The notes below the pieces were generated by a model that was not told where the DNA came from, made no database searches, and was given only the letters and a program-made list of their open reading frames with translations. Below, one piece after another: positions 51,759 to 64,000 of a DNA stretch of 64,000 bases. The stretch is taken from positions 300,018,001 to 300,082,000 of the forward strand of contig OZ024743.1 in assembly GCA_964016885.1 (NCBI GenBank), read 5' to 3'. How positions within the stretch are numbered: position 1 is the stretch's first letter; each line of letters starts with the position of its first letter. The translations under genes and the position numbers were made by a program. This stretch comes from Eledone cirrhosa. Lineage: Eukaryota.

Positions 51759-52178
51759 AAAGAAGAGTGACACGGTTTGCTATACAATAAGGGCTTTAAT
51801 CACATTGCTGACAATTGTTTCTCTGAACTGGTAGATCTAGAGATCGTTACCCGCCTGTTTCTGCGTCAATCGATCACCAATTCATAGTTATAACCAGTCA
51901 ATTCATCAGAGCTAACTCTAGACCTACCAATTCAGAGAAACAATTATCAGCAATGTGATTAAAGCCCTTATTGTATAGCAAACCGTGTCACTCCTCTTTT
52001 TTGATTTATCATTACTCCAAGCGTAAACAACATAGGAATCACCGCGTACTCGCAACATCACTATAGAAACGCCTTGTTGAGTCAAACTTAGCCAAGCGTT
52101 GATACCATCCACTACTCGGAGTACCCGAACTGGACTACATCTAAGTGGACTACCTATAACAATAATTTGTTATGCCGT
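51755..52178. mobile_element. (TA)n-flanked PLE-terminus insertion with ~80-bp inverted arms (51762-51843 / 51917-51998)
   Basis: GAGTGACACGGTTTGCTATACAATAAGGGCTTTAATCACATTGCTGA.. and its reverse complement; contains a hammerhead. Confidence 0.75.
51804..51915 (-). ncRNA. Type I hammerhead ribozyme
   Basis: Minus strand: TTAGCT-CTGATGA-ATTGACTGGT..ACCAGTTCAGA-GAAAC-AATT-GTC-AGCAA; palindrome ACAATTGT, GUC triplet; stem I short and bulged. Confidence 0.7.
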
Positions 52179-52184
52179 ATATAA

Positions 52185-52306
<122 letters not shown>

Positions 52307-52569
52307 GTATATATATATATTTGGACATTTATGTATGTATGTGTATATGTGTGTCGACATTTTTTAATGAGGGCTCATATATTCTAAACCATTCATGCGA
52401 TTTCTTTGAAATTTTTTACAGAGCTTCTCCTTGCACAAAACCTGTACATAATCTACAAAGGCTTTCAAAAATCGATATTGTGGCCGAGAATATTATATAT
52501 GGTGTTATAAACTCTAATAGTATTTTACAATTAAATAGCTCAAAGAAAGGAATATTTCTGAGCCGTGTA

Positions 52570-53073
52570 ATACAAATGAATATATGATAGGGATAAACAC
52601 TGATACAAGTATACATGTGTTTGCATTGCAAATGACCAAGTTAGCTAGATTATCGGCTCCATGCGTTGAGCTAATTTTTAGTCCCATAAAACCGGCTGCT
52701 ATTTTTAGCGACACGAGTATAGGACGGGCAAGACGCTGGGACACAAGTGCGTTCAACAACACATTTCTCTCAGTCTTCTTAAGTATTTTGAAGTGAAACT
52801 TACCAATTTCTGGATACGTGCAGAAGAGCACAGGAATAGGAAATTTCACTTAATTGTTGCGAAACAAATTTAAAATTTAAAATTTAAAATGTGTCCATGT
52901 ATCACGGCTGTTGCCAATATAGGTTTGTTTTTATTGATTTATTATTTTAAATCGAGACAGGCAAACCGTATTATTTTAATTAGTATTTTTCAATCTAGCT
53001 AACTTGGTCATTTGCAATGCAAACACATGTATACTTGTATCAGTGTTTATCCCTATCATATATTCATTTGTAT
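52570..53073. repeat. 82-bp perfect inverted repeats (52570-52651 / 52992-53073) around a 340-bp spacer; MITE-like or inversion product
   Basis: ATACAAATGAATATATGATAGGGATAAACACTG..GTTAGCTAGATT and its exact reverse complement. Confidence 0.8.
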
Positions 53074-53999
53074 ATATATATCAATCTATTAGTATTACAA
53101 TTTATCCATCAATTAATCAATAAATCAATCATCAATCATAAAAATAATAAAGTTGATGATGATGACGATGATGATGGGGATGATGATGCTGAGGGTGATG
53201 ATGATAATGCGATCGGCATTTTTGTTTATTTTAAAATTATATTGAAAATATTCCATGTGCAATAATATTTTTATACGACTGGTGTATATACATACATATA
53301 TATATGTTATGTTGGTTGCCAGCATCATATTTTATATATAGTGCAGACAACCAGCAGTAGAGGGATTTTCTCTGTTTAAAATACTTGTATATAAAGGCTC
53401 GGTCTGGTAAGTAGATGGCTAAATGAAAGATACATATTTTACTCATACACAATAATGATTATCTCCGTATTCTCACAGGCATCTCGACCTCGTCTGATAA
53501 AACTCGGCATCAAAATAATTGAAAGATTTTCATTGCATTTTTATCTGAGTTTAGGAGTAGTATACATTATTGATTTGTTCGTATATACATTTTTTCGTTG
53601 TATGGGTTCATAATATGAACATTTGTAATATATCTAGAATCAATAAGTATTATGTGCGTTATTTACATGCGACAATTTCCATTAGTGTTTTTCATTTTAC
53701 TTTCTTATTGTTATTCGTGCCCCGAGTTGTTTAACAGCAGTTTGCACCACAGTGCTTGTTTTCAAAACAATGACTCAATCATTTATACGTATTTCCTGTC
53801 TTAACCAAATATGATATATATGAGAAGGACAAGCCATACATACAATCTTGTTTAGATTCTGTTCGGCGTTTCTTGCCTAGCATATGCATCTTCATTTTAT
53901 GTTTACATATAAATTTGTTTTGTTGATGTGCGAATTATTTCAAATGTTGCGGTGAGTTGTTTTATTGGTGTCCATGAAATTATTCAGCTTGTTACTCAA

Positions 54000-54562
54000 T
54001 GGGGATGTACATATAGAGAACAATACAATTAACAAAGACTATGGGAGATTATATATATTCGAATGAGTGCTTAAGTGGCTATCAATCAATTACAATAGAA
54101 TGCCCCTATAGCAATACCAGACTACGGATTTCAGAAAATCATCGATATTTTCCGGATAGAAAATCCTCCGGATAAGAATAGCCAGGCTTCTCTTATCACA
54201 GCCTAGGCGGTGCGTTTCTCTACTAAAACATATATAGACCCTTAACGTGGAGTTTCCACCAATGGAATTTCCGGACTGCTGAAAGGCAGTTGGTGCCTGA
54301 TAATATTCCCAATGATAGCTTCCAGGTTTCGTTCCTCGCTTTCCCCAGGATAAAAACTCAGTCAAAGAGATGAGCTAAATGAAAACACACTTGACAAACC
54401 TGTTTACAGTCAAAGAACCTTTGCACATTTGTGTGCATGAACAGCAACTTTTGCTGAGCTGTCAAAGCGAAGACTGCTAAGAGCAGATGTATTACCTGTT
54501 AAATACAATGCATTCTTTTCACATGCAATTCAGGAACAAACATTCCAAACTGGAGAGTCAAG

Positions 54563-54598
<36 letters not shown>

Positions 54599-55800
54599 GT
54601 ATAAATGAGGTGACATACGCGTTTGCCACAAATGTCAGATATTTTAGGGCTAGAACTCTCGCAGTCGATTTCTGGGTTAGTACAGTCATCCTGCTCATTA
54701 AAACCGACGAAACGAGGCGTTTGATACGTAAGCAGTCCCCTATTAAACCTGTGAACTGTAGTATGGATTTGCCACCTCAGATATCTAGCTGCAACCACAA
54801 CGATTTGTTCAGGTTGATTTTTGTTTACATTAGCGATTCTTATTCCTTTTTGAAGGTGCTCCAGTATCAATTTACGAGGTGTTTGAAACGATTGTTTCTT
54901 CTGCATATTTCTGAGCTGCATTTTGACTTCCTAATTTGAGCTGAATTCCTCTCAACAACCCGAGCTTTCGTAGTAGTGGCTCAAGACTCAACACATACGG
55001 ATGATAGAGAGAGGGACCATTGACTGATCGAGTGACGTGATTCCGTAATGTGGAAATATACTTTGATTACAGAGCAGATACCATTTTGCTTTAGAGCGAT
55101 CCGGCCAGAAACGATTAAACAACCTGCTGCCTTGGGATCTGGCACTAAGTATCGATGGTTAAATCAGTCAAATCTATTCGATTGATCCAAGTTAAAGCAC
55201 GCTTTCCTGCTTGACATCTGTTAGGCTGCTTTGAATATACCTGTCGGTATTCCGGATGTCTGCAACTATAAATCACAGTCACGATGTGACGTACCCCACG
55301 TCTTGTTTAGCAACATATTCCTCACAATTTGCTTTGAGAATATGTTCCATAATCATTCTCGCCGGAAGCACGTCCTTTGTAGTGCAACTACTAAGCACTT
55401 ATTTTCGTTTAACATCTACGTCCTCCCTCTATTCTATGTTTTACTAACATTAATTTGCTAAAATCTATCCATTTTAATAAAATGTCTCCATTGAGAGTGC
55501 TCCGCCATTGTTTATTGACGATTGTCTTGGACAACAGCCATTCATCTACCGTGCTAATCTTGTCACTATGGGTTTTAAATACCGGAAATGATGCCTTTAG
55601 ATTTGAGAAAACGGGTCTCTGTGACGATCAGAAAGAGTGGACTGAGTGTGCAACCGTTTTTGATCATGGAAACCCTACGCTGTCTCTATACACTAACCTA
55701 ATATATACTATATCTAGATACGATCTAGATGATCACATGTTATGTCAATATTGTGCATTCAGGATATGTAATCTTTAACTGTTAAAGAATTAGAATCCTC
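54000..55800 (-). pseudogene. Heavily decayed Tx1/L1-like RT region
   Basis: Minus strand ~55195-55145 reads NLDQSNRFD*FNHRYL (motif A like) and ~54990-54895 LSLEPLLRKLGLLRGI..KYAEETI (YADD like). Outer limits approximate. Confidence 0.55.
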
Positions 55801-56691
55801 CGTGGTCGAGGTTTTTGCTGACCGTGGCATCCCCATTTAGTTAGATGAAGAAATCCCACATGACTCTGCTACCGAGCGTATTGCCGGTTAGGGATAAATT
55901 CTACAGAGAAGGAAGTGCCCTCAAGTTGGTGTGTCCGACAAGACTACAAAGTGACGAAAGTGTTATATATGCACTTGGTTAGAGCGTGAGCATTGCTAAC
56001 ATATTGAAGTGCGGTGTTATATTGAACATTTGGTCTCACGTCCCACACGTAGGACTGATCCAATCAACACTTAAAGCCATATTGTAGTTCAGTTCACAGA
56101 CATCTGTTTGCTAGCAAGGGTGAATTAAGGTAATTGAATGATATATACATTTAATATACTTGGCTGATTAATAATTTAGAGTTTTACATAATGTTATACC
56201 TTAAGTGTGCATCAGCTTTGGGGCGAGTGTTATTTAGCATGCAATAAAAAACATAAGCTTAATATTTATGCTTTCAATTAACATAGATAAACCTAATATG
56301 TTTTAATTTATGAGATAAATATTAATGCTTGATAAGCATTTTGTTCTTCAATATATTTCATAAGTAGTAATTATAATTACTTCAAGTAATTTCTAATATA
56401 TATCTAATTATCGTTTTTTATGAAGTATTTAATACATCCCATCTCGTAAATATTACATAAACGATTTGAAAAGTTTATCTCACTTTATTTGAGATTTTAC
56501 TTCTTCTCGTGTTGAATTAATTGCTGTAAGCATTTAAAATACAGCGTGTATTTTAAATTATATGATGGAAGTGTTTAATTTGTCATATCATGAAACTGAT
56601 GACGTTACAAGGATCTGGCAGTAAGAGCATCGCTCTGTCAGATAAGGCAATATAAATAAAATTAATAATTGTTCATGGAGCCGAAGGTAAG

Positions 56692-56733
<42 letters not shown>

Positions 56734-56738
<5 letters not shown>

Positions 56739-56894
56739 AACAGGTAAGACCCCGACGGCTGAGCTCAAGCCGTCGAAACGGCTTGAGCTCAGCCGTCGAG
56801 TCTTACCTGTTCCTATTAACCATTCAACTACCCTAAGTATTGAGTACTTTGTGCGTTATGGTCCACCTGGTTCCTTACCACATTTCCTTCGTTA
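56734..56894 (+). mobile_element. Family X copy 4 (palindrome 56734-56816)
   Basis: Arms centred on AGCCGT-CGAA-ACGGCT, followed by the same tail as 38435-38513; (TA)n flanks. Confidence 0.8.
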
Positions 56895-56987
56895 TATATA
56901 TATATTTACATGGAGCTGAAGGCTGTGAAACATGTAATATGTAATAAAATATGTATATGATACAATACAGTTTGTTTGTTCCCATTT

Positions 56988-58482
56988 ATTATTATTATTG
57001 TTGTTTGAGTCTCAGTCATTGATGTTATTTAAATGGAAAGTTTGTTGAAATGAATATCAAGCCACTACATGCGACTTCAGACATTCAGGACGTATCGGAG
57101 GGTTCTTGCTGTTCCCAGCAAGCATGCCTTTTGAAGTGTTCCAAAAAGCGGGGGAGGATTATTATTCTTTAACCACCCTTAGAAACTCTTTGAAATAGTA
57201 CCTAGTGCGCCTAGGACAATCGGGACGACCTTGATTTCATGGCAGTTCCAAATCCTTTTTAACTTCCACTTTAAATCCTGGTATCGGTTAACTTTCTCCC
57301 TCTCCTTTTCTTGCACTCTCGTGTCAAATGGGCAGGCTACATCTACAATCAGGCACGATCTTTTTTACTTGTCCAAAACCACCAGGTCAGGCCTATTGTG
57401 TTCTAATTTCTTGTCCGTCTGTATCCTAAAATCCCATAGCACCTTCACCTGATCGTTTTCCATCACCGACTCTGGCTTATGCTCATACCACCTCTCTGAA
57501 TGTGGTAAATTGTTTACTTTGGATAGATGCCAGTGGATCAACCTGCCTATCATATCGTGTCATGTCTCTAGCCTTAACAGTGAGTCTGGGCTAGGTGTTT
57601 ACACTCGGATAAAATGTGAGCCACAGTCTCCTCTCTCTCTCCTCAGATCCTACACAGTGAGTTAGCCTCCTCCTTGTCAATATGGTGTTTCACCCACTTC
57701 GTTCTGAGGGCTTGCTGTTGTGCAGCTATTAGCATTCCTTCTGTAGGTTTTTAAGTTCTCTTTCTAACCAGTTCCATGTCTGTGGATCTCTAAATTCCGT
57801 TTTCTTAAAGAAGGTGCTATGAAGAGATATTTCATGAAGGTTGCTCTTCCTCCTTGTTGTTATATCCTTCTTGGACATCCCCTGGTCTATTGTCTTCTCC
57901 TTCAGTACAATTTTGTGTATTGACTCCTCTACAGTCAGTCACATATTTGTGCAGACAGTTTCTCCATCTGAACTCGGTCCTCTATGCTGATAAGACCTCT
58001 TCCACCTTCAGATCTCTTTAAGTAGAGTCTATCACATCACTCCTCTTGTGGAACATATTGTAGATAGTCAATAGCTTCGTAGTCTTCCTATCCATTTCAT
58101 TTTGTTGTGCAACATTCCATTTCAGAATTCCCGCACTGTACCTAATAATAGACACAGCTCGCAATTTAATGCACTTATGGCATTCCTGCTATTTAGATGT
58201 GATTTTAGTATGTTCCTCACACTCCTTATGTGTTCAGATCTGATCAATTCCTTCATTTTTTCTTCTTGATGTCATCTGCCTCCAGAACTCCTAAATATTT
58301 GTATCCCTCTTCAGTGTCAATTTCCTTTATCATCTCACCTATTGTTACCTGTATTCCGCTGCTTCTGCTCAATTCACCCCACTTCATCAGTATGACTCCA
58401 CTCTTATTAACACTAAATTCCAAACATATATCATGGATGAAAATACGGACAGTTTCAACAAGTACATCCAACTCCTTTTCAA
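56988..58482 (-). mobile_element. Decayed 5'-truncated R4/Dong-like LINE (RT end, CCHC, restriction-like endonuclease)
   Basis: EEGYKYLGVLEAD; WYEHKPESVMENDQVKVLWDFRIQTDKKLEHNRPDLVVLDK; (TAA)n-type tail at 56988-57000. Confidence 0.85.
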
Positions 58483-58989
58483 GGTCCGCCATGATCAAGA
58501 AAGAACATACATACACACACATATATCTTTAGGTGTTTAGACTTGTGATGTACTTATATTGACATAATCTTCCTTAGTATATGGGCAGTGCCCATTAGTA
58601 CTATCTTTTGTATTTCTCCTATACGCGGGTTTCCTGGGATTTGCGATAAATAATCATTAGACCCCTTAGGTATCATTCCTAGAGCGCCGACAACCACTGG
58701 TATTGTTTTAGTTCACAATTTCCACATTTTTCCAATTTCTCTCTCCAGGTCCTTATACTTGCTCAATTTTTCAAATGTGTTTATATATACATTCTTGTCT
58801 ATTGGAACGGACATATCAATTAGCAGGCATACCCTCTTTTTAAAGTCCTTCAGTATTATATCAGGTCTATTTGCATCTATTTTTCGGTCTGTTTGGATGC
58901 TAAAATTCCACAAGATTGAGATGTGATCTTTTTCAAGTACGGGAGGTGGTGGATGCTCCCAACAATTCTTTTGATGGGGCAGGTCAAAA

Positions 58990-58990
<1 letters not shown>
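58480..58990 (-). mobile_element. Short tandem partial copy of the adjacent R4/Dong-like LINE 3' end
   Basis: Matches 59109-59616 (WNFSIQTDRKIDANRPDIILKDFKKRVCLLIDMSVP..). Confidence 0.85.
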
Positions 58991-59036
<46 letters not shown>

Positions 59037-59037
<1 letters not shown>

Positions 59038-60636
59038 AGTTGCATTTATCTTGCTTTATGTTCATACGAGTTATCACCAAGTCACAGCCAGTGACCTCAA
59101 GAGACAACAAGGTCCGCCATGTTCAAGAAAGAACATACATACTCACACATGCATCTTTAGTGTTTAGACTTGTGATGTACTTATATTGACAGAATCTTCC
59201 TTAGTATATGGGCAGTTCCCATTAGTACTATCTTTTGTATTTCTCCTATACGCGGGGCTCCTGGGATTTGCGATAAGTAATCATTAGACCCAGTAGGTAT
59301 CATTCCCAGAGCGCCTACAACCACTGGTATTGTTTTAGTTCTCAATTTCCACATTTTTCCAATTTCTATCTCCAGGTCCTTATACTTGCTCAATTTTTCA
59401 AATGTTTTTATAGATACATTCTTGTCTATTGGAACAGACATATCAATTAGCAGGCATACCCTCTTTTTAAAGTCCTTCAATATTATATCAAGTCTATTTG
59501 CATGTATTATTCGGTCTGTTTGGATACTAAATTTCCACAAGATTGAGATGTGATCTTATTCAAGTATGGGAGGTGGTTGATGCTCCCACCAATTCTTTTG
59601 ATGGGGCAGGTCAAAATGCTTACACATTATCCAATGTATGTATTGTGCAGCTCTGTCATGCCTGTTTAGGTATTCGGTTGGAGTTATAGGACTGCACATT
59701 GACATTATATGGTCAATGGTCTCTGGTTGTTTTTTGCATACACGGCATAATGGGCTGCATCCATTTTTTATTATGTCGGCTTGGTAATTTTTTGTTGGCA
59801 GACACTGATCTTGTGCTGATATAATCAGTACTTCAGTCTCCGATTTCAGTCCAGAGGATGCCAACCACTGATGGGTTAAAGTTTTGTCAACATCAGGATT
59901 GTTAGCTCGTTCTGGGTATTTTCCATATAGCGGCTTTTCTTGCCATTTCTTAGTAGTTCTTTCTTTGCAGTTACTTTTACCTGCTTTGCTTCTTCTGTGT
60001 TTTCCATTTCAGTAGTAAATGGGACTTCTGAAATTTGTAGTCCATTACTGTATCTCTGTGCATCTTTTGTAATGGAGTATTATCTTTTGATGCTTTCGTG
60101 TTTCAAAACGAGTTTGATCATCCAATCATGTGATTCCCTTAGATATGTAGATAGTCCAATTGTTGCAGTTTTCAACGCAATATCTAACTGGATTAACCCA
60201 CGTCCTCCTTCTTTCCTAGGGAGATATATTCTATCTGTATCTGCCTTAGGGTGATGCATTCTGTGCATGGTTAAGAATTTTCTAATTTTTGAATCGAGCC
60301 TACGGATCTCTGTGCTTGACCAGTTGATGATATTGTAACTGTAGGTTACTACTGGTATGGCAAGCGTGTTTATGGCATCGATCCTATTCCTTGCATTCAA
60401 TTCCGTTCTTAAGATTGCTCTTACTCTGCGGTCACATTCCTTCCTTATCCTTTCCCTCATTGTCGAGTGCTTGATTCCGCCTCCTTCACAAACACCTAGA
60501 TATTTGTAAGTTTCCTCTTGATCAAGTTCTCTTATCATATTCCCCCGATCAAGATTAATGTCTGGTCTTTTCAGCAGCTTTCCTCTGGTGAACGTAGCTT
60601 TGGCGCATTTATCTAGTTCAAACTCCATTTTAATCT
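59037..60636 (-). mobile_element. 5'-truncated R4/Dong-like LINE inserted in (TAA)n
   Basis: ORF pieces 60080-60628 (MEFELDKCA..YKYLG..RKEGGRGLI), 59556-59864 (AQDQ..CRVC..ETIDHI..C..RHD) and 59181-59540 (RLE: R(P/L)DI..LID..EKLSKY..GALG); (TTA)n at 58991-59036 and 60637-60689. Confidence 0.9.
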
Positions 60637-60637
60637 C

Positions 60638-60689
<52 letters not shown>

Positions 60690-60871
60690 GGGCGGTGGAT
60701 TGGCAGTATCGGTAGTGGTCGGACGCCAGGCTTTCCAGCATAGTTACACCCCTTTACGGTCTGATTTCAAATCCCGCCGGGGTATACTTTGCCTTTCATC
60801 CTTATGGGGTCGATAATATAAAGTACCAGTACTGGGTAATTGCTGGCGTTGTGCCTAAAGTAGAAACAATT
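60690..60871 (+). mobile_element. tRNA-derived SINE within (TTA)n
   Basis: GGGCGGTGGATTGGCAGTATCGG (A box)..TTTCAAATCCCGCCG..CTTTGCCTTTCATCC..GTGCCTAAAGTAGAAACAATT. Confidence 0.9.
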
Positions 60872-60878
60872 AATATTA

Positions 60879-60922
<44 letters not shown>

Positions 60923-61321
60923 GAATGCCATGGTTGACGGAGGCTCGGCTCTGTAAGGTATAGTAATTTTAACCGCTATAACAATTGTAAATTGTTTAAA
61001 ACTTGAACCAAATTGTAGATAAAAACACCCTCCTCCTCGTGAGTCTTTCTGTCCGTTATTTGGCCCTTCGGGGTTAAACAACCGCTTATTGGGGTTTTGT
61101 GACCAATATTCATTTTAAACCGTAAAAATAAACATGGCTACAAAAAAAATGTCCACAAGTCACTCCCACTCATTCCGTCTTCTTCTTCCTCAATCGTCAC
61201 TACATCAGAAAGAAGATTGTCTCTCTCCCTCCCTTCTCTAAATGTGGTGTCGCCTCTTTCGCAAGCGACGCCATTAAAGAAAAAGAAAAATATAATTTCT
61301 GGTAGCTTTCACCAATAGAAC

Positions 61322-63211
61322 GTGCATTCCCTGGAACATTTCTCCACGACGATGACAACGACGAAAAATGTGTGCAGTAAATACGGAAAGCCATTTCATT
61401 CGTCTGACGTCATGAATAATAGCAGCAGCAGCCGTAATATCAGCAGCAGCAGCAACAGTGACAAGGAAAACACTAGTAGCAGCCGCAACAACATCAGCAG
61501 CAGCATACACAACAACAGCAGCAACAGCAACATCAACAGCAGCAGCAGCAACAACAACAACAAACACAGCAACAGCGGCAACAACAAAAGTAACAGCAGC
61601 TCTGACGACAACAACAACAACAACAACAAAGAAAAACCAATCTCGTTTGCAGGTATAGCAAAGAACCTGGAAACCATCCTTATAACAAATGAGGAATTAC
61701 AGGAAGTAAAGAAGATTGTGACGAAAACCGGACACCGAGCAATCTGCAAGGCAGCCGAAACATTTTTCGAAACCCAACAGCACTGTACGGTCACGTACTG
61801 TACAGCAACCACAAAATCACGTAGGGTTGAAAGAGCCACAGAGGCTCAAATAGAAAAAGCCTTAGGGTCTGTGTGGCAGCGGAACACGCATATCACCCGG
61901 GGCAAGAAATATGCCACGGTGGACGTGCTTTTTGCCATACCCCAGGAGGCAAAGGCTCAATCCTTAGCCAAAAATTGTGAGGGTCAAACTGACCCACGTC
62001 CGTCCTAGGATGGCCCCTCCTTGGCTGGCTGCGTCTGTCCTAGCCGGAAACGAGGACAAAAAAACTGTACTGCAAGTACAGAAAAAAGTACGAGAAGATT
62101 GGGTAGGCACCTCCATTGAGATGTTAATTCAAACCAACCAGGAGTGCATCGAAGCTATCCCGGATGTGATAGACTTCGATAACGGCACTCAACTGCCCAT
62201 AAGTGTTGAGGGCAAACGCCCGAAATGCTTTCGCTGTGGGTCGAATACTCACCTCAGGGCCTACTGCAATGAGAAGACCCTGAGAAACGAGAAAACCCCC
62301 CTACTTCCGAAACCGGCTCCACTGCTACAATCAACAGGAAAGGCGGCAAGCAGGAACGATAGGTCCGTGGCACCCATACCCACGCCACGGAAATCAAGAA
62401 CAGCAGCAGCAGTGGAAGTATTAACAACAACAATAGTAATACCAACTGCAGCTGCAACAGAGACTCCACTGCAACCATCACCAACAAGAACAAGTGAAAG
62501 AGTGGAGATGGTACCCCTCCCCGACCTCACATAATCGGACATGGAGTGTGAGGTGGGAGAGGGATAGCAAAAGGTCGCAAGAAGGCACAAACAGAAGCAG
62601 AAGCAGCGCATCGTCGCCTTCGAAAAGGGAGGGAAGAAATGAAAAAAGGGTAAAGGCTACTGCAAAGAGACTTACAGCAGCAACAGCACCAACACCATCA
62701 CCACCCACACTAGCATCACCATCACCACCGGCGGCAACCCCACCGCCAACAACAACAACACCTTCAACACCACCACCACAAGCACCAACATCGCAAACAC
62801 AACAACAAAACACACACACCCAGCAACAACGACAAGAAAATAGAAGAACCACACCCCACCGCCAGAAAAAGAAATGCACAGCAATAAATACACACAAGAA
62901 ACTAATGACTTACATAATTGAACACAGATATTTTACTGCACGACTACATAATACCAGCACCAATCAAAACACCAACGAACATAAGACTGGTAAGAATACC
63001 ACAGAAACAATACGCAAACTTTAAAATAAAATTCCCCAACGCAGTTGGAGATTTCAGAGACCTAGGAGGGACACTCAACCGGAGAGTATATTCGGATATA
63101 CTCACAGAAGAGCCGACGACCAGCCGAAGAGACGATTCAACGGTCCCTTCACCAGACGATCAAGTGGAAAGGGATGGAGAAACCATCCTTCCTCTACGAG
63201 AAGTAAGGTAA
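61322..63211 (+). pseudogene. LINE ORF1 (gag-like) with zinc knuckle, frameshifted
   Basis: ISFAGIAK; LPISVEGKRPKCFRCGSNTHLRAYC (CX2CX4HX4C) at ~62190-62267; split across track ORFs 61322, 61977, 62494 and 62918. Confidence 0.75.
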
Positions 63212-63245
63212 GTGGTCTTTCCCATCTTTTCAACTCCATTTCAAC

Positions 63246-64000
63246 ATGACCTCACTCAGAATAGGCAGCATAAATGCGCGTGGCTTGCGGTCGTCAAGGA
63301 AGTAGGGCCACCTGCTCAATGACCTCAGGTCACTAAAAAGATGTAGGTACCATCAGCGAGACCAGAATCTCCGAAGCAGGGGCCTTTGCACCGATCTTCG
63401 GCGGCTAAGATGTATACGCATCTCCCAGCCGTCCTGGATCGGGGGAGAAGATGCTGTGCTTTTTCGGAGAGGTTTGGATCTCGCCATACGGGCCATCTTC
63501 CTGCACCCAGAAGGTAAGTTGGTGGTACTGACGAGACCAGCGGAGACGGGCAAGCTTTCAGGCTAGTGGCCGTCTATGCCCTGACAGGAGCAGGGCGGCC
63601 TGATTTCTTCCGGCGTCTGGAGTCCTTTCTAGGAACGTCCTGCTCTTTAGTGTTAGTGGGCGACTGGAACGGGATCTTAGATGCACGCTGGGACTGTGTG
63701 GGATTAGCGGATAGGGGAGGAGGGTGCAACAGCCTCACCAACCTGCTCAGGCGTTTTGAACTATCTGACAGGTACCGATTGGATATCCCGAATGTGCCAA
63801 TGTGGACTTGGACAAACCGTATCGAGTCATCCAGATCATATCTAGATAGGATATTCGGTAGTGAAATAAATAGGTCTAGCATAGGCTGTCCACAATTCAA
63901 GATAGTCAGCTACAAGGACCGCAAATTAGTGATCTGTGTGCTTGACTTAGATAGGCTTCATAGACCAGGACCCGGCCAGTGGACGCTAAACGCGTCCTTA
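63246..64000 (+). pseudogene. LINE ORF2 N-terminal APE endonuclease, disrupted
   Basis: MTSLRIGSINARGLRSSRK*GHLLNDL; FRLVAVYA; LVLVGDWNGILD; WTWTNRIESSRSYLDRIF; GPGQWTLNASL. Confidence 0.85.

Larger units (their letters stand above)
60925..64000 (+). mobile_element. 5' part of a Tx1/L1-clade LINE (runs off window end)
   Basis: ORF1 with CCHC knuckle followed by an APE-endonuclease ORF2; starts right after (TTA)n. Confidence 0.85.

Overview
AT-rich, microsatellite-dense eukaryotic DNA with no host gene exon I can support. The tRNA-derived SINE family matches my recollection of octopus SINEs, which suggests an octopod cephalopod (inference). Almost all interpretable sequence is retroelement-derived and sits in (TA)n or (TAA)n tracts. 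The centrepiece is a young 16.8-kb Penelope-like element (PLE) insertion at 14491-31254. It comprises a full 6.7-kb unit (RT plus C-terminal GIY-YIG ORF broken by one nonsense codon), a 5.4-kb tandem partial copy (pseudo-LTR) and a 4.7-kb inverted copy. Each part carries a ~4-kb 3' tail of complex microsatellites and decayed ORF-end repeats, ending in a type I hammerhead ribozyme with an unusually long stem II. The window also holds at least four other PLE remnants, further hammerheads, a family of tiny fold-back PLE-end insertions, R4/Dong-like and Tx1/L1-like LINEs, an RTE fragment, SINEs and a non-autonomous Helitron. Nearly all ORFs in the supplied track are microsatellite artefacts. Boundaries were read by eye and can be off by several bases, more for decayed elements.
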